Part shown: positions 26,780 through 41,539 of the stretch, one piece after another
Position numbering within the stretch: the stretch's first letter is position 1
How the letters are laid out: each line of letters starts with the position of its first letter
Position numbers and translations under genes: made by a program
Source: Camelus dromedarius
Lineage: Eukaryota
Assembly (NCBI RefSeq): GCF_036321535.1
Contig: NC_087437.1
Coordinates: 93,188,001-93,252,000, forward strand
Direction of reading: 5' to 3'
Length of the DNA: 64,000 nt
Notes under the pieces: model-generated
Seen by the model: the letters and a program-made list of their open reading frames with translations, nothing else
Database searches by the model: none
Told to the model about the DNA's origin: nothing

Positions 26780-27060
26780 TCACATTTCCATCCTCTGGAC
26801 ATTATTTTGTGCTACTCTTTCTGCCCACAATCCCTTCTTCTTCATCTGTACTTGTCAAAATCCCACTGAACTCTTGGACGTATGGCTGACTCTATTGTTC
26901 AATATTTGTTTTTCAATTGATTGCAAATCTGTGTGTTGAGTGTATGTGTCAATTGTAAGCTCTACCTTGTCTTATTAACTAATATTTTCTACTAGCAGAA
27001 GCATTGTGTTTGGCACATAGTAGGCATTCAAAATATGTTTGCTAAATCCATGACTAATGG
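26780..27060 (+). mobile_element. L2 3' fragment
   Basis: ttgtaagctc...tggcacatagtaggcattcaaaatatgtttgctaaat. Confidence 0.7.
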
Positions 27061-27499
27061 TATGAGAAAATGAGCTATTTAGGAAAACGAAAATGCAGTC
27101 TATACACTGAATTTCAAATTGCACAGTCTTTTCCTGCTATGATTTTCACATATGAAATCAGGAGCCGATACTGGGATCTTAATTGTGAAGTTCAGTGTGA
27201 GTACTCTGGTGCCTTGTAGTCAGAAATAATCAAGTCTTTTTACATGTGGAGATATCCACAACAAATGTGATGACCTACTGTTCTCCTATCTTTTTAGTTA
27301 TGAAGAAGCTGAAGTTTAATCACAAATGGAAATTCAATTATAGTGAATAATAGTTATCTGGATCTTCAGTTTCTTTTAATCTTCTGCTCCACTTTTTTCA
27401 AGCTGTAGCTAACACATGCTCCATAGTCTAAATTAAGGGAAAGTTGGTTTTTACTGATTCATTCATTGAAATATCCTATGCCTATAGAAATAAGAATAT

Positions 27500-27725
27500 G
27501 ACACTTAATATTTATTGAGCGCTTGCAAAGTGCTAGCCACTTCACACATGTTACTTCACTTGATCTTTAGAGCCACTTAGTGAATTATTCATCCCATTTT
27601 GTGGGCGGAAGTGAGGATCAGAGTGATAAAGTAATTGTCTGTTTATAGTCCTAGAAGGTAGAGGCACTATATTTGGGAACTAGGTCTAACATCAAAACCC
27701 AGCTTTTCTCATTATATGTATTGCC
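27500..27725 (-). mobile_element. MIR SINE
   Basis: atatttattgagcgctt...catcccattttgtgggcggaagtgagg...aaagtaattgtc. Confidence 0.8.
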
Positions 27726-30700
27726 CTCAACCATATGATAAACAAAGCAGGCACTTAAGGGGACGTGAATGCTGAGTGGATTATTGCTCGTGTACACAGT
27801 CATCAACTGAGAAAAGTGTGTTTACTTTATTCCTTTTATGTCATAAGCAAAAATTGCAATTATTTTAGAACTTTTATTTGAGTAGTGCCATTCTCTCAAC
27901 TCGTTCTAGTCTTCGGAATGATAGAATTGGATTTGATGAATTTAACAGAGCCTTCAAGCTCTAACATCCTAAATCTTCACCGTTGATAGTTAAAGCGGCC
28001 GTGCTTAGCAGCAGGTACAATAAATGTTCTCTTTTAGACGTTGAGATCCGTACTCATTTGGATATCTAAGAGAAGATGATATTTGCCAATTATACCTCAA
28101 TGAAGCTGAGAAAAAAGATGAATGCTTTTCCTTTCCATATGATACTCTATCAATTGCAGCTTTGATTACCGTTAACACTACTAAGCAACCAGTCAAAACT
28201 TGAGAGTGAAAAAGTCAACCAGTAGTTTGGGCTGTATTATGGAAATAACAAAGTTGAAATTCTTTTTCATTCACTTCTTCTCAGTGAATTAATTTGTGGT
28301 TTTCATTTTACATAGACACATCCACTGAAGAGCTATTCAAACTTGGCACTCACCCCTGCCCTGACACTCCTTAGCACAATGGTTTGAAAGATGCATTTTT
28401 TAACTTCCTTTTTTCCTTCTTCCTTTTGTCTTCTTGGAGCATTATATATCTAAGTGACAGGAGTCTTACAAATATTTAGGAAGATAAACATGCTGTGTCT
28501 GTTAGGAACAACAGAAGGATTCATACACCACTCTCAAGTTCCCTTCCTCACCTGTCTCGTGCAGGGGAGGCCAATACCCAGGATGGGCTCCGTATGTGAT
28601 GGCTGATTGCTGCCCAGGACACCATTATTGGTGATCTTGTCTTGTCATTGGTTTAGAGATGTCACAGAGAATACTGGTCCCAAAATGGGATATCTGTGGC
28701 AGGGCCAAGAATCATTCTATGTTATTGTATTCACTTGGAAAAGCGATGAACACTATGTTAAGACTCAGAGTAGCTTCTTGAAAGAATTTTGAAAGAAATA
28801 AACATTTTATCATTTTCTATAAAATTTCCACTTTAAAAAAACAGTAGGTGAGTGATCACTATTTTACAAATGATTCTTGATGTTTTAAATGTTTTTAATG
28901 GTTAAGTCTCAAAATCCTAGTCAGCTCTTCTTTTCCAGAAAATGGAATCCGGAAAACATATCTGTAACACTCTCATTGAAAAGTCCTGGATACCAATTGC
29001 CCCTGATTTTATATGAAACCACCATGGCTATTTTTCTCTCCTCAGTGAATTAATCAAGTTGGGGCTAAATTACTTGCTTAGTTATTACATGTATCTAACC
29101 TGCATAACACGAAAGGTCTGAGTCCATGCAGGCTTCTCTGGGAATGTAATGAATTTGTGCTTCATGGACCTGATGCTGGTTTTCCAGCTCCCCTCACATT
29201 GAGTGAGACAGTCCCCTGCCATTGCCAGCATTGCCTGTCTGACAGGCATCAGTCACACTGTTGGAAAGGGACCCCTGGCAAATAGTCACTTGCAATTAGG
29301 CACTAACCCACAGGAGGCCGAGTAACTACACTATGAGCACTATCTTCTCCCCACCTCCAATCATTATTATTTTACTTACCGGCAACTGAAATAAATTAAT
29401 GTCATTGACATCTGAGGGATAGCCATACCAGAGAGGTCCTCCCCTGCCTTTGTATTGGCTATGTTTGACGTAGCAGGCCTGTGTTCCATAAGAGATGCCT
29501 GAGATTTAGAGATTATTTTACGCTCGCTTGACAAAGGAAGCCCACCAACCCCCACACGTGCATCTCTGAGTAACTAAGCGTCACCTTTCCATGACAGCTT
29601 TTTCTCCTCAAATACATTCTGTATCAAAACCCTGCTTTACACAACCTTCGCATGGCCCTGCATATGAAACACTAAAACATCATCAGTTTTAATGAAATAG
29701 TCAACCTACTACTTGAAGAATTTACATTTATGGCCCACAGACTAGCTACCCTTCAACATGAGCTAGGTGATGCATTTCTAGGAACTTCAAATTAATCCTT
29801 TTCATTACAGAAGTAGGTACCCATGGAAATGAACAGAAATAGCTGATCTCATTAAAGGCTGAATTGAAACCAATTCTTATGGTGGCAGTAGCTACAGCCT
29901 GTGATAATTTCCCTAGCTGCTATATGAGCTAAGTCCTGTAATTACTTTTAAAAAAATTCTAAATAGCATAATTTTAGGTTACATTATATTTTTTATGTGT
30001 ATATTTGTATGTATGTTGGAGAACAGGGTATAGAGATGTATTTAAATAAGCTTGAGTTTTAATTGGGTTGGCTTGGTTTCTGTATTCATAGGGCTTTATG
30101 TATGTCTTTCCACAGACACAACTTTTTTTCCTCTAATTCTTTTCGATTCTCATTCTCATTTTGAAAGACTGATCCTTAGATTATGACTCTCGTTATAAAT
30201 GCGTACTATGCTAGAGGGCTATTTTTATGCTCACAGACTCATATCATTCTGGGACTTTAATTTCTCTTCTATAGTTTGAAACAAATTTTTAAATTTAAAA
30301 AGATGAAGACATTTGTCCTTGCCCTAGGGTCCTGATTTAAGGTTTAGACAGAAGGTTAAATATCAAAACTTTTATATAAATCAAGTGTGTGTATTTCTGA
30401 ATAAAGGTCTGGCACCATCTGCACAGGGCACTGATTCCTCTAGCTAGAGGGCTGGAGAGTCTGTTTACAAAACAATATACAATTTAGACAGAACAAGTGT
30501 CCTTCTATCAAATAGAAGAGAAGAGTCATGTTCATTTGTCATTACAAGCACACTGTTTCCTTTTTGGTGAGTTACTGCCCTTCCTTAAGAGGAGATTAGT
30601 CCTTTAAAGTACAGAAATTGGAGATGGCAGGCAGCATCCAGGAGTAGATACAGATTCAAAATTCTTTAAAAGCCTGAGTTCAAACCCATTCAGAACCTCT

Positions 30701-33700
30701 TAAAAACATCACCAGAGAATACTGGTAGATCCACATTCACCCACCAGGGATTATTTCAGAATCATGACCACACGACTTTTCACAGTAAGAGTCTACATGC
30801 AAATAGACATCAGTTCTCAATAGGCACCGTGGCATCTCTTTGGTTAATGCAGCAAGAAAGCAAGCACAAAGACCGTGAGGGAGTGATGCTAGTCTTCAGA
30901 TACGACGGGAAGTGTCACACCTTGATTTTAGCTAACGTCTGTCCTCTACAAGTAGATGACCCCAGTTTCTTTAATAATTTACCCTCAAAATTAGATGCAA
31001 TGGGTAATTATCTTGGTAAAGAATTTAAATTCAGCCTTTGATTCCTTTCACAGATGAATCTCATACTATGAACACAATGACAATAATAAGCCAAGGAATA
31101 TTTAAATATTTATGCAGATTCTACTTCAATTTATATTTGGAAACTCTGCAACCCTGGTATAAGAACATTTCTCTCCTCACTGTGTACTATAATCTCTAGG
31201 AGTTTAAAAGAGAATATTTTAGTGCAGAAAAGCAGTGGAGAAACCCGGTGACCCTGTAGGTTTGAATAAAGACAATTCTATTAAACTTTCATTTATAACT
31301 CACATTCAGGGAATTGGCTGAGAATAATAATATGCACCATAAATAAACTGAAAATTGTTCCTGGTATTATAATGCAATAAAATATACATAACACTGATAC
31401 CTATTAAAGATATTTTAGTATTTCCTTAATGGCTTCAAAGCCACTTAGAAAACTTGCATCTGTTTAGGATCTTCATTAATGGTATTGCAATCTTGGGGAA
31501 AACATTAGGTTTTCAGTTATCTGGCTATTTAAAGTTAGGACAAAAACCTTATTGTTAGGATGATTTGTTTTATATCAGCTGAGGTTTTAGACTTTTTTCC
31601 AGTGAGTTATTCCAAGGTATATATTTCAATAATGATAGCTCTGCCCTTATTTTTACAATAGTTTTGTTAGAAAAACAATGAAGAGTATAAAGTCTAGGAA
31701 GGCATATTCTTATAGATGGAAAAACAATGAAAGAAAGGGAAGAAATCTCAAAGGATGTGGTGTAATGTAAAAAAAAAAAAACACTCTGTTACACTTGACT
31801 AAAATTCTGGCCTTAAACAAGCTAAGTGATTTGGAGCATATTATACTGAAAGTCATAGTTTCTTTCTCTGTAAAATATAAGACATCACTCATATTGCATT
31901 TGATCATTGCAAGGGTTAAAGGAGATGATATATGTGAAGATCTTAGAGTATAATCCTCATGACATGTTTCTACTGCTGCTACACTTTTAGGTGATAGAAA
32001 GTTCAGGCTGCAACAATTACTCTCATCCCAGGCTACTTTAGAAGGGTTCGGAAGAGAGAGTTCTCCATTTCCCAGTTCTTGGGTTTTCCTTCCAGGCAGA
32101 TACACCAACCAGCAGGCAGGCAGAACTTCATGGATTTGCAACCTTATGATTTATTGTGGACATTCATTTGACCAGTCAGTAGGCAAAGCAAATGGTATGC
32201 AGCTTCCTGGAGCTCAGTTGGAATTGAGATGCAATTTAGCCTTCTTATACTTAACTTGAATCCTTTCCATTGTGACCTTTCAGTTTTGCCTGCAACACAT
32301 ATGCCTAATAAATGCTGATTCAAAACCTAATCCTGAAGGATCTAAATAGACTTCATGTGATTCAGCCTGTACAGTACAATTATTTTCCAACCAGTGTTAT
32401 AATAGCATTACCACACAGATGGGTACTACGGCCAGGTAAATGAGAGTAGATTCTGCACTGGGCAGGATTTACTGAAAACAATATCCAACATGCTGCTTCT
32501 TTTGCCTTGTTTATGGTTCTCTTTATTTGTAATTGTAAGGATTCAATAAACTGGTAGTAAAAAGTAGTTGTGTAGATAATATAGCCATGATTCAAGCATC
32601 CTATCTTTAGCTTTGTGTTGGTCAAAGAAAAAACAAATACTAGCCACTAAAAATAAATGTTGAAATAAATTACGTTGATGGCATGTTTCAAACTCCACGA
32701 GAAGATACAAAGTTCATTGTACTACTACTCTTCTATCTACCTCCAAGGAACCCAGTATCAAACTCTGACTTCTACAGCTCGTAAAAAAATGCCTTCCCCA
32801 AACTTCTAGCCTCTAGTGTAATCTCTTCTTCAGTCTTTTCCATAATAATGCATCACAGTAATGCACAGATCTGCTTGGAATTCCAAAACACTCCTCACTG
32901 GGGGAAAAGGAAGGAATTTAGTGAGCAGAGCCAGAAGCATTTTTGATAGGGAAAGGCTGGAACTTTTTTTTGTTTGGTTTGGTTTGGTTTGGTTTGGTTT
33001 TTTGTTTTGTTTTGTTTTTGAATCTTCAGGTACCAAAAGACAGAGAATACAGTAGAAGAACAAAAGAGGTACATTGGACAATGAATATTATCAATGGGTT
33101 ACTGAAGCAATTTAGCAAAATGGAGGGTCAAAGAGAGCAAATTGTTCCTGCTTTATTAATGTTTGGTGATTTAAGCTCTGAGGAAAATGAATTTTGGAGA
33201 ATACAAAAAAGACATGAATCTGAATTTCATATTCTGGTTGAGTGGAGTTTATCCCTTTGGCAGAGACTACTACTTATCTGCTATTTGGAAATGTTAAATT
33301 TTCCTCCCCTTTTCAATACAGATCAATAAAATCAATAAAAAAGTTATAATGCTTTTATTGTTCACTGTCTTAATAAATAAAAAAAAATGATGTCTGATGG
33401 TCATTTATAAATTAAGATTAAGTCAATTTCTTCAGCGAATGACTCCTGAAACAATTTAGGATCAAGGCAAAAGGTTTGTGGAGGACACTGTCTGTATGCT
33501 GCCCAAACTCATCAAACTTCAGAGATGCTTCTCTCCTGATACAGGCAAAGGGGTGGAACAGACTACTTCACACTACCTTCCATTTTCTATGCTAAAATTC
33601 CATAATCCAAGTATAAAAACTATTGAATTTAATACTGGTATTTTAAAAGGACACAATCTCCAGCTTAAACAATTATTCAACAAGACTTGTCTTGTTATTC

Positions 33701-34254
33701 TTGTTGGCTTTCCTGGTTTCTTAATTTCATTTAGTGTTTAGGATCTTGGTGCTGCTTTTCTCCTTGTGTTTCTTTAGAATCTTCATGCTGTATAGCTGAC
33801 ATTTATTTCTGTAGTCAACTCTAAACAGGTTCCTTCCAGTGGACACTTCTACGCCCATCTAATGCCCCTCAACTTCCTTCAGATCCTCCATCAAAGGTAA
33901 TGATCTCTGAATTTACAGCTTCTCAAAGAAGGTAGGACTGCCAAATAGGAAAGACACATTGATTCATTTTGAAGTGATTTCAGAGGATGTCAAGATAAAT
34001 AATTTGGATGACATAAACAAAGAAATACTCACAGATCAATAAGTCATAATTGAAATGCAGGAATGAATGTTTGAGCTGATAAAAAATGGTCTAATCACAT
34101 TAGAAAAGAATCATTTCTATGCACAACTTTGGCACAATTGCATTTTACAACTTTTAAAAACATTCTCAGTGACGTTGCGGTTTAAAAGTATTATTTCTAC
34201 TGATTCATATGTGTTATAATAGCAGCTATGTATTATGCCCTAACAATGTGTTTA

Positions 34255-34460
34255 GAATTGTATTAGCATTAAAAGGTTATTTTACTCAGTCCTCATATTA
34301 ACCCTAGGTAATAGGTATTATTAGTCTCATTTTACCAATTACAAAAGTGCTTCCAAGAGGTTAAGTAAATTACCCAATTCCACATCACTAACAAGCATCA
34401 AAGCCGGCATTCAGAGCCATGCCTGTAGCGCTCCAGAGCCCGCAGCTGCTGCTTTTACAC
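34255..34460 (-). mobile_element. MIR SINE
   Basis: taggtattattagtctcatttta...gaggttaagtaaattacccaa...ttcagagcc...ctccagagccc. Confidence 0.8.
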
Positions 34461-35889
34461 AATAATCTAACAAATTAAGTTCAAAATATCAAATGGAAAA
34501 TATACTAAGAATTATGACTTCTTTTCTTGAAAATTGTTCCCACCTCTTGTGGCAGATCTACTTTGAGCTGGTTTATCTCAGAGGATCTTAACTTTTATTT
34601 CATTCAAGAATCTTCTCTATATTGGTGATGGATTTGTTCCTCCTTCTAAATGTTTCTAGCGGCTGACAACTCTCTTCTTTTAAGGCATTTGTGCTTCTAT
34701 ATCAGTTAGGGAGTACTATAATTTTATTTTATTTATTTTGTTTTTTTTTTTTTTAATTTTTATTATTGAGTAGATATTTGCCTTTATTAACACCTACCCA
34801 TTGATTCTAATTGTGGAGTAATCGGAATAAGGCACAAAAGTCTGCTTATAAAAAGTGTGAGACTGAAGAGGAAGTAAGCAAAACTAAAGCTTGGTGTATA
34901 GTATTCTAAACACAAGTAACAATAAATTTATGAGAATATTCAATTCTAGAATGGTTGGGAAAATGATTTTATTTTCTTGCCTAAAGAAATTTGTCATCTG
35001 GAATCCTACCTGGGAAGCATTATTATTTTAATGCAATAGCACTGCAGCAACAGAGCCATGTAATAGTGTGATAATCCTATAGAAAATGTGAAGAGTTGTT
35101 CTGAGTCAGATGTAGCCAAGTTTATCCAAGGAGGAAGTCATTTTAAACTGGATGCAGAAGTGCCAAACTTCAAAAAAATTTTTAATATTTTCAAAACATT
35201 CCATGTGACACTGGAGAATATAAATAATAAAAGAGATATTTCTGTCACAATATTTGGTAGAAATGATTTTTCATAAATCAAATATATGGTATAATGTTCC
35301 ATGTTATCAGCGTTCTTATGCAGAATAGCCAGCAGTTTTTTGATAGTGTGTAGAGCGCATGAAACTAAATAACTAGGATGAAGGCAGCTGTATATATTCA
35401 CTTCTTTTATAATATTGAAAATCTTCTTAAAAGGACTCAGGTGTGTTTGAAGGAGACTGACTAGCCAGTCACAGGATTATATTCTGTAGCTGGATGAGAC
35501 TGAGGCATTAGCAGTTTTTCAGGACCTTGCATGAAAGGTATCACGGGTGTGTAGGGCAGGAAAAAACAAAACAAAACAAAACTAAATGCAAATATAAGTT
35601 GTATGTTGTTCACCTGAACCAGTTCACATCTATTTTAGTATAAGTGCCTCATCTAATACATAATAGTTCCAATCAAGCACCTGGGCAGATAGACACACAC
35701 TGGGGAGCATTTCATCACCTTCCTTTGATCTTCTAACCTTTTCTTTGTTCATCCTTCATTTTAGTTATTCAGAACCTGGGTTGTATCTTTCTCTCCTAAT
35801 TACTTGTCCCTACATTCACCTGTACTCCCATCACCAGAATCACTCTCACCAAAATCATGAGTACTTTTATAAAGCCAGTGTTGGGGTCT

Positions 35890-36290
35890 AAGGGGAGTGC
35901 ACACCAGAATCACAGGGTGCTTGTTCTGCCCCCACTAATTCCTAAGTATGTGATCTGGGAAACTGATGTACATATTTGGGCTTCTATTTACTTATTTATT
36001 AAATAATGCTATATTTCTGTACACTGATTCATTTAATCGTCCCAATAATCTATTAAGGTATCTTGTATTATTATCCCAGTTTTACAGGTTCAGTGAAGAT
36101 ATTGCCCAAGGTCACACAGCTGAAAATTGGCAGAAATAAGAAACTTCCAGGCAGTCTAGCTCTGGAGTCCAGCAATCTTGACCGTTAGGCTACCTCACCT
36201 CTGTGACCTTGCCTAGGTGCTGTGACTTTGGACCTTAATATGATTCAGCTTTATGTATTAAGGGGAACAGAACTTGGTGTGCTCATACCT
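35890..36290. mobile_element. Cluster of MIR fragments (+ / - / +)
   Basis: Antisense copy at ~36030-36200 (tattatcccagttttacagg...ttgcccaaggtcacacagct) flanked by sense-strand core fragments. Confidence 0.65.
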
Positions 36291-39200
36291 AGATCATAGA
36301 AAACTGTACAATTCAGATTACCAAGTCTTTAACCTTGTGAGAATAGTCAAAAGAAAATAACAGATAATACCCAATTTGTTGTTATGATGAATGCTTTGTT
36401 TGCAATGGGTCAATTCAGATTTTACTTTTGTTTCATCTTGTTTTTCATTCAACAGCTGGACTTGTTCTCGGATCTTCCTCCACAGTTCCTTGTGAACTTG
36501 TTCCCCTACTAAGCAATTCTGCAGCAGTGAACTGGGGGGTAGACATTGTCTTTCCGGAGACTCTGTCTTACATTGCAACCCTTCTGTTCTATGTCATGGA
36601 GTAATGGAATGGGTAGTATTTTAGACTGCCATCCTAACAGAAGTTTATCATCTATGGTAATCCTTAAAAGATTTGAACTACAAAACTGGTTTCTCCAGCC
36701 CATTGGATTTATCTGTATTGTTGTGTTAACTCTAACCACATCCCTGATTAATTTGATTCCATTTGGTTTCTTCCATGAATCTTTTGAACTCTGAATACCT
36801 GGCATTTCTTCAAGAGATGCTTTCAGAAAGACTTTCTAACTTTTAATATCTACAAAGGCATGGCATTCATGTTATATAACACTCATGGAAGATGTGGTTG
36901 ATGGATCTCCAAAGATAGCCTTCTTTTATAGAAACCATTCTTTTTATTTTTACGGTTGGTGGTGCCAGCGTTGTGAGGAAGAATATAAGTGAAATGCCTG
37001 GATGCTATTCAAATAGGTAGCTGAAAATAACCCTGGCTTGTCTTGGAATATCCTGGAAGGTGTTCCTAGCCCCTCCCTCCCTTTGTTTGCTTTTTTTTTT
37101 TTTTTTTTTTTTTTGATTTGCGTGTTCTTTCCAGTAACACTGTAGAAAACTAGCAGGAGCCTGTTTGTGATCATGGCTGGTTTGGCCCATGCAGTGCTAT
37201 TCAAGCTATAGAGGGGATGGTCACACATCTAAAACACACACATTATCTAGCACTTATTGTGGTCTCACTTAGCATGCCTTCATCAATGTGAAGCTTTTTT
37301 CATTTTCCAAACTGAGTCCCCAGACCTCTTATTAGCATATTATGATTTACAAGAGAGTGGGTTTTTTTTTGGGGGGGGGGTTTCATAACAACACGGAGAA
37401 AGTAAAACCCACTTGTTCATCCCAAGAGGTCTGAGAGCACACTTTAAGCACAGGGTGGTCAGAATAAAAACTAATACAAGTAAACAGTCTATGATTGCTC
37501 CTAATCAGAGAAAACACCCAATTAGAGCCAAAAGGCTGAGGAACAAATTGTTTACCATAGTAAATCATTCTCATAAACATCATCGTTTAAAACATTTGAA
37601 CTCTGTTTGGGGACAGCAACAGTGATGTGGGATTCACAAGGAACACTAGACAGCTGGCTGGCTTTAAATCTTAGTGGCAGCCACATTGGAGGCTGCCAGG
37701 GGCTTCTGCTGTTCCATTTTAGCTAAAGGCAGGATTACTGAAGCTGCATTATATCCTCCATCTCATTTTCAGCTCTATTGCACCAATTATGCTGCATTGA
37801 GGCTTACAGGGGCTTACATTGAGTTTCAGATAGATGGAAGAAGCCAGTCTATATTCTTTGTGATAAAAATAGTCATTAATTACTGAGAACTTGTAAACCG
37901 CTTAGCATCCTTCTTAATGTGGCCCGTCAGGTGCTTCTCCTCATTCTATAGCTAATCAGCAGAAGAGGAGAAAAATCCTCTGGAAGAAGATGATCTTTTC
38001 TGGCTCAAACAGAAAGCCAAGGTTAAAAATAAATCTAAAACACACTGAAAACCTAAGCTGATAATGCACTCACTGGCAAAATGCTGGCTTGTTTTCTTTT
38101 CATTCAAAGTTGATTAGAGAAAAATTTCTTACAATATTGTCCCATTGGGAAGCTAATTATCAATGTAATATATTTTTTCCCTTTCTGATAGAAAATAATG
38201 TGTTCTGAGGAGTTGGATACATGAAAACACATTTACAAATGGCTCAGATGGAGTTAGTTAATTATCTAATTAAAGAAAAGTAAAATGTCCTAGGAATTAA
38301 TGAAGAAATTCAGTTGAGAGGGAACTCAGCTAGTAAAGGGTCTGCCGAAAGCAACAATGGGTAGTTTCACCTCTGAATGGACAGCTTAAATATGCTGGCA
38401 GAATTTCAGTTTAGTCTGTTTTAGAATTGACTGCTGCATCCAGTATTTTAATTTTTAACAAAAGCCTTATGTTTAATTGGCAAAAATGCCCATTATGCTA
38501 CTTCGTTAAGGCAATCAGAGTTACGGGTAATGTCGATGTGATGAACTGTAACAGTCTTCATTTGGTAGACAAAATACAGAGGAATGGCTTTTGGGTGTAA
38601 AAGTATCCCACAGGTTAGAAAGATAGAAAACATGCCTCCACGGAGTGTAAGCACGTATTGAAGGCTTCTTTCTTGAATGTACATATTTCATAAGTAAAAA
38701 CCATGCTTTAAGGAATGCTGTGCAACCACATTTCGTGCATTTCGATATGACTAATATTCGTGAATGGGAGTACAGTTTTTCAAAGCAATGGGCAAAGAAA
38801 ATTGGAGTGATAGTATATCAGCTAAGTTGATTTTTATAAAAGCCTTGTAGAGAGATTTAAAAATGAACAGTGTGTGCAGGGAGGAAAAAAAAGGAACAAC
38901 GATGAAAGAAATTACAAGTGGGTTTCACTACATTACAAGCTTGAGATTGCTTATTAAATACGTAACTTGTTTTTCTGCTATACTAGTCATTTTACATAAG
39001 TGTGTGATTTGGCTTCCATTTATAATGTGTAACTGCAGCATGCTTCAACGGTGCCAAGGGGAATACTTGTTATGGGTTGAATATTTGGTTAAAATCTTTG
39101 GAAAAATTCTAGAAGCATTTATATAACCATGGCAGCTTTGGGGAAGCACTTCTTTTCAGTTCACTTCTCTCCTTAGCAAACGGGGAGAAGACAACTGCCC

Positions 39201-40489
39201 TCTAGACACAGGGCAGACAATGGAGCCCTGTTTCCTTTCTCCCCACCCCAAGTTTTTATGAACTGGTGATATCTGTATTGGACAGTAATTTAAATTTCTC
39301 TTTCTCCTTGGGAAGAAAGCTGCTTTAGAATCTGTAAAATCTCAAGGTATAAAATGCCCACTGTATGTATATATGGTCATTTTAATCATAAATAATTATT
39401 GTATTTAAAACCAACAATGAAGAATTAACTTCTTGGTATAGTTTCTATGTAAACTCCCATTGCACAGCAATTGTGAGAGCCAGGAAGGGTTGGAGAGGAA
39501 ATGTTATAAAAGCAGATGGACAAGAAGAAATTTATCCAAAATATAGAGACGTGGGTCCTTCGTATCCTGGACCAAGTATAGATTCTGGCCCAGATTTCAT
39601 GATGGAGAACTGGAGAAAGTAAAAATTACATATATATACACAACAGGTATTTTTCTCTCCATTTCAAGGCTTCACTGGAGAAATTGCTATATTTATATTG
39701 CCTTTAGATATAGTTGTTGATTTATTATATGAGGGAAAGACACCCCCAGAGGGAGCCAAGAATGAGACTCAAGGCTGAAAGAATGGAGAAGAAATATTTA
39801 AACAAGTTCCAGGATTGTTCATTTCCTAACTGCTTTGCTATGTCTTGTGCAGTTTGAAAGGCTTTTGCATGAATGATCTGTTAGCAGAGGGAATACAGTG
39901 TTTTCATAAAAAGGAAAGCACTGATGGATGATGCAGAACATTGTTTCTTTTTCACATTGTTGCCTTTCAGTTTATGCAGAGGGCACCTAGGTTAAATGGG
40001 CATTTGAAAGCCATCTCTTTCTCTGACATCCCTTCTTTTTCTCCACTGCTCCTCATTCTCAGTGCCTTAGTTTCTCCTACATTTTCTCCAGTTGCCTGCG
40101 CCCTCTTCACCAGGATATTAGGATGTAGGCTCTATCCTGGCAGGAACTTTAACGTTAAGGTCATGTAGGAAATCCTGGGTAGGTTTGGGTGTAGCTGATA
40201 GCAACTATGTCCTCGTGTCTCTGGCAGGAGTAGACCTAAATCTTTGAAAATAATCACAATGCAGCAATCACAATGCACTGTCAAGGGTGAGGAAGTGAAG
40301 GAGTAAGAAGAGCAGAAAACTCTCTGTTACTCTCCCGCTAGTGGTCTTCTTTGAGTTTTGAGAACAGATAACATTTTCCTCAGTGAGTGGATTTGGGTTT
40401 TTGGAGTTGGCAGTAAGATATCTCTAAGCATCACATACCAGGGAGAAGTTAGCCACCTGGGGGAATAATTTCTTGGGCATTTGGCAGAT

Positions 40490-40900
40490 CATAGGTCAGT
40501 TATGCACAGAAGCACAATTCAAACTGAAGTGAGTAAAAGAGGAACATTATTGACCCCCATAATTGAATAGATCTAAATGTTATATTTTTCAACTTTTTTC
40601 TCTTGGTTTTGGCTTCCCTATTCAGCGTCAAATATCACAAGATGGCTGTCAACGCTTCCAGAGTAAAACCATTTTATTATCTAAGAGTAATGAGAAAAGG
40701 CATGCGTCTGCATTCTGTTTTATCTAAGGGTTAGGAAATAACTGGTTCAATGGAGCAGGACTGAATTGATAAGAGTGATGATATAGCTGTTTTCTGAAAG
40801 CGTGCTTAAGTCCCCTGGCTATTCCTTAGTGGGTATAAGATTAGATTTTTTTCTTCCAGAATGGAACATCTGGAACATTTTCAGAATGGAACACTTATGC
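40490..40900 (-). mobile_element. MaLR LTR (MLT1-like), degraded
   Basis: caattcaaactgaagtgagtaaaagaggaacattattg...caagatggctgtcaacgcttccag. Confidence 0.5.
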
Positions 40901-41539
40901 AAGAAAAGTGGCTCATCTTCAGTCAGAAACAATTGCCAACACTAGTCAGCATCTCTGAGAACCAGGAAGAACCCTGTAAATATGAGAGCAGACCAAGTGG
41001 GGCTGACCAAGGCTTTCTTGAGAGTGTCACAGACTTCGATGCTGGAATTTGAGTCTGAATCTATATTTCTTGGTTGCCAACAGAAAATCAAAGGCACATG
41101 TGTGAGAGTTAATTGGGGGAGGGGTGATATTTAATTTAGTGTTTTGCTTAAATATCTTAGGAGTTTATTAATAAGAATTTCAAATAAAGTAGTCTTGATG
41201 AAAAAATTAAATGTTCTTTTGAAATAGATGATTTCAGATTTTCTGAAATGTTCTCTGTCAAAAAGGAATATCACAAACTGTTGATGAATGATTATCTATT
41301 ACCATACCTGGCATTTTGAGTCTGAATATGCAGAGTCTGAAAATAATTGTTTAAAAATTATGGAGTTCCAAGTTATGACCAAATTAGGTACATGACTTTG
41401 AGTGATAAAATGTTTATAAACGTCATCAGTGCTTAAGAAAAACAGTTCCTTTACTGAACCCAAGTGAAAGAACCCAATCAGTTTTTGAGACGTGTGTTCC
41501 TGTCCCTAAGGGATTCATGTTTTCACAGGGAATATTGAC

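Noticed and set aside
27995..28120. Possible U6/L1 chimeric retrocopy (tttggatatctaagagaagat followed by an L1-like tail aattatacctcaatgaagctg and an A-run)
   Set aside because: U6 similarity is too short and gapped; only the tiny L1-like tail is plausible
36318..36805. Overlapping minus-strand ORFs (86 and 98 aa) with a coiled-coil-like look; possible exon or endogenous viral element
   Set aside because: No recognisable domain; the K/E/Q richness is explained by the antisense pyrimidine tract; BLASTX would be needed to revive it
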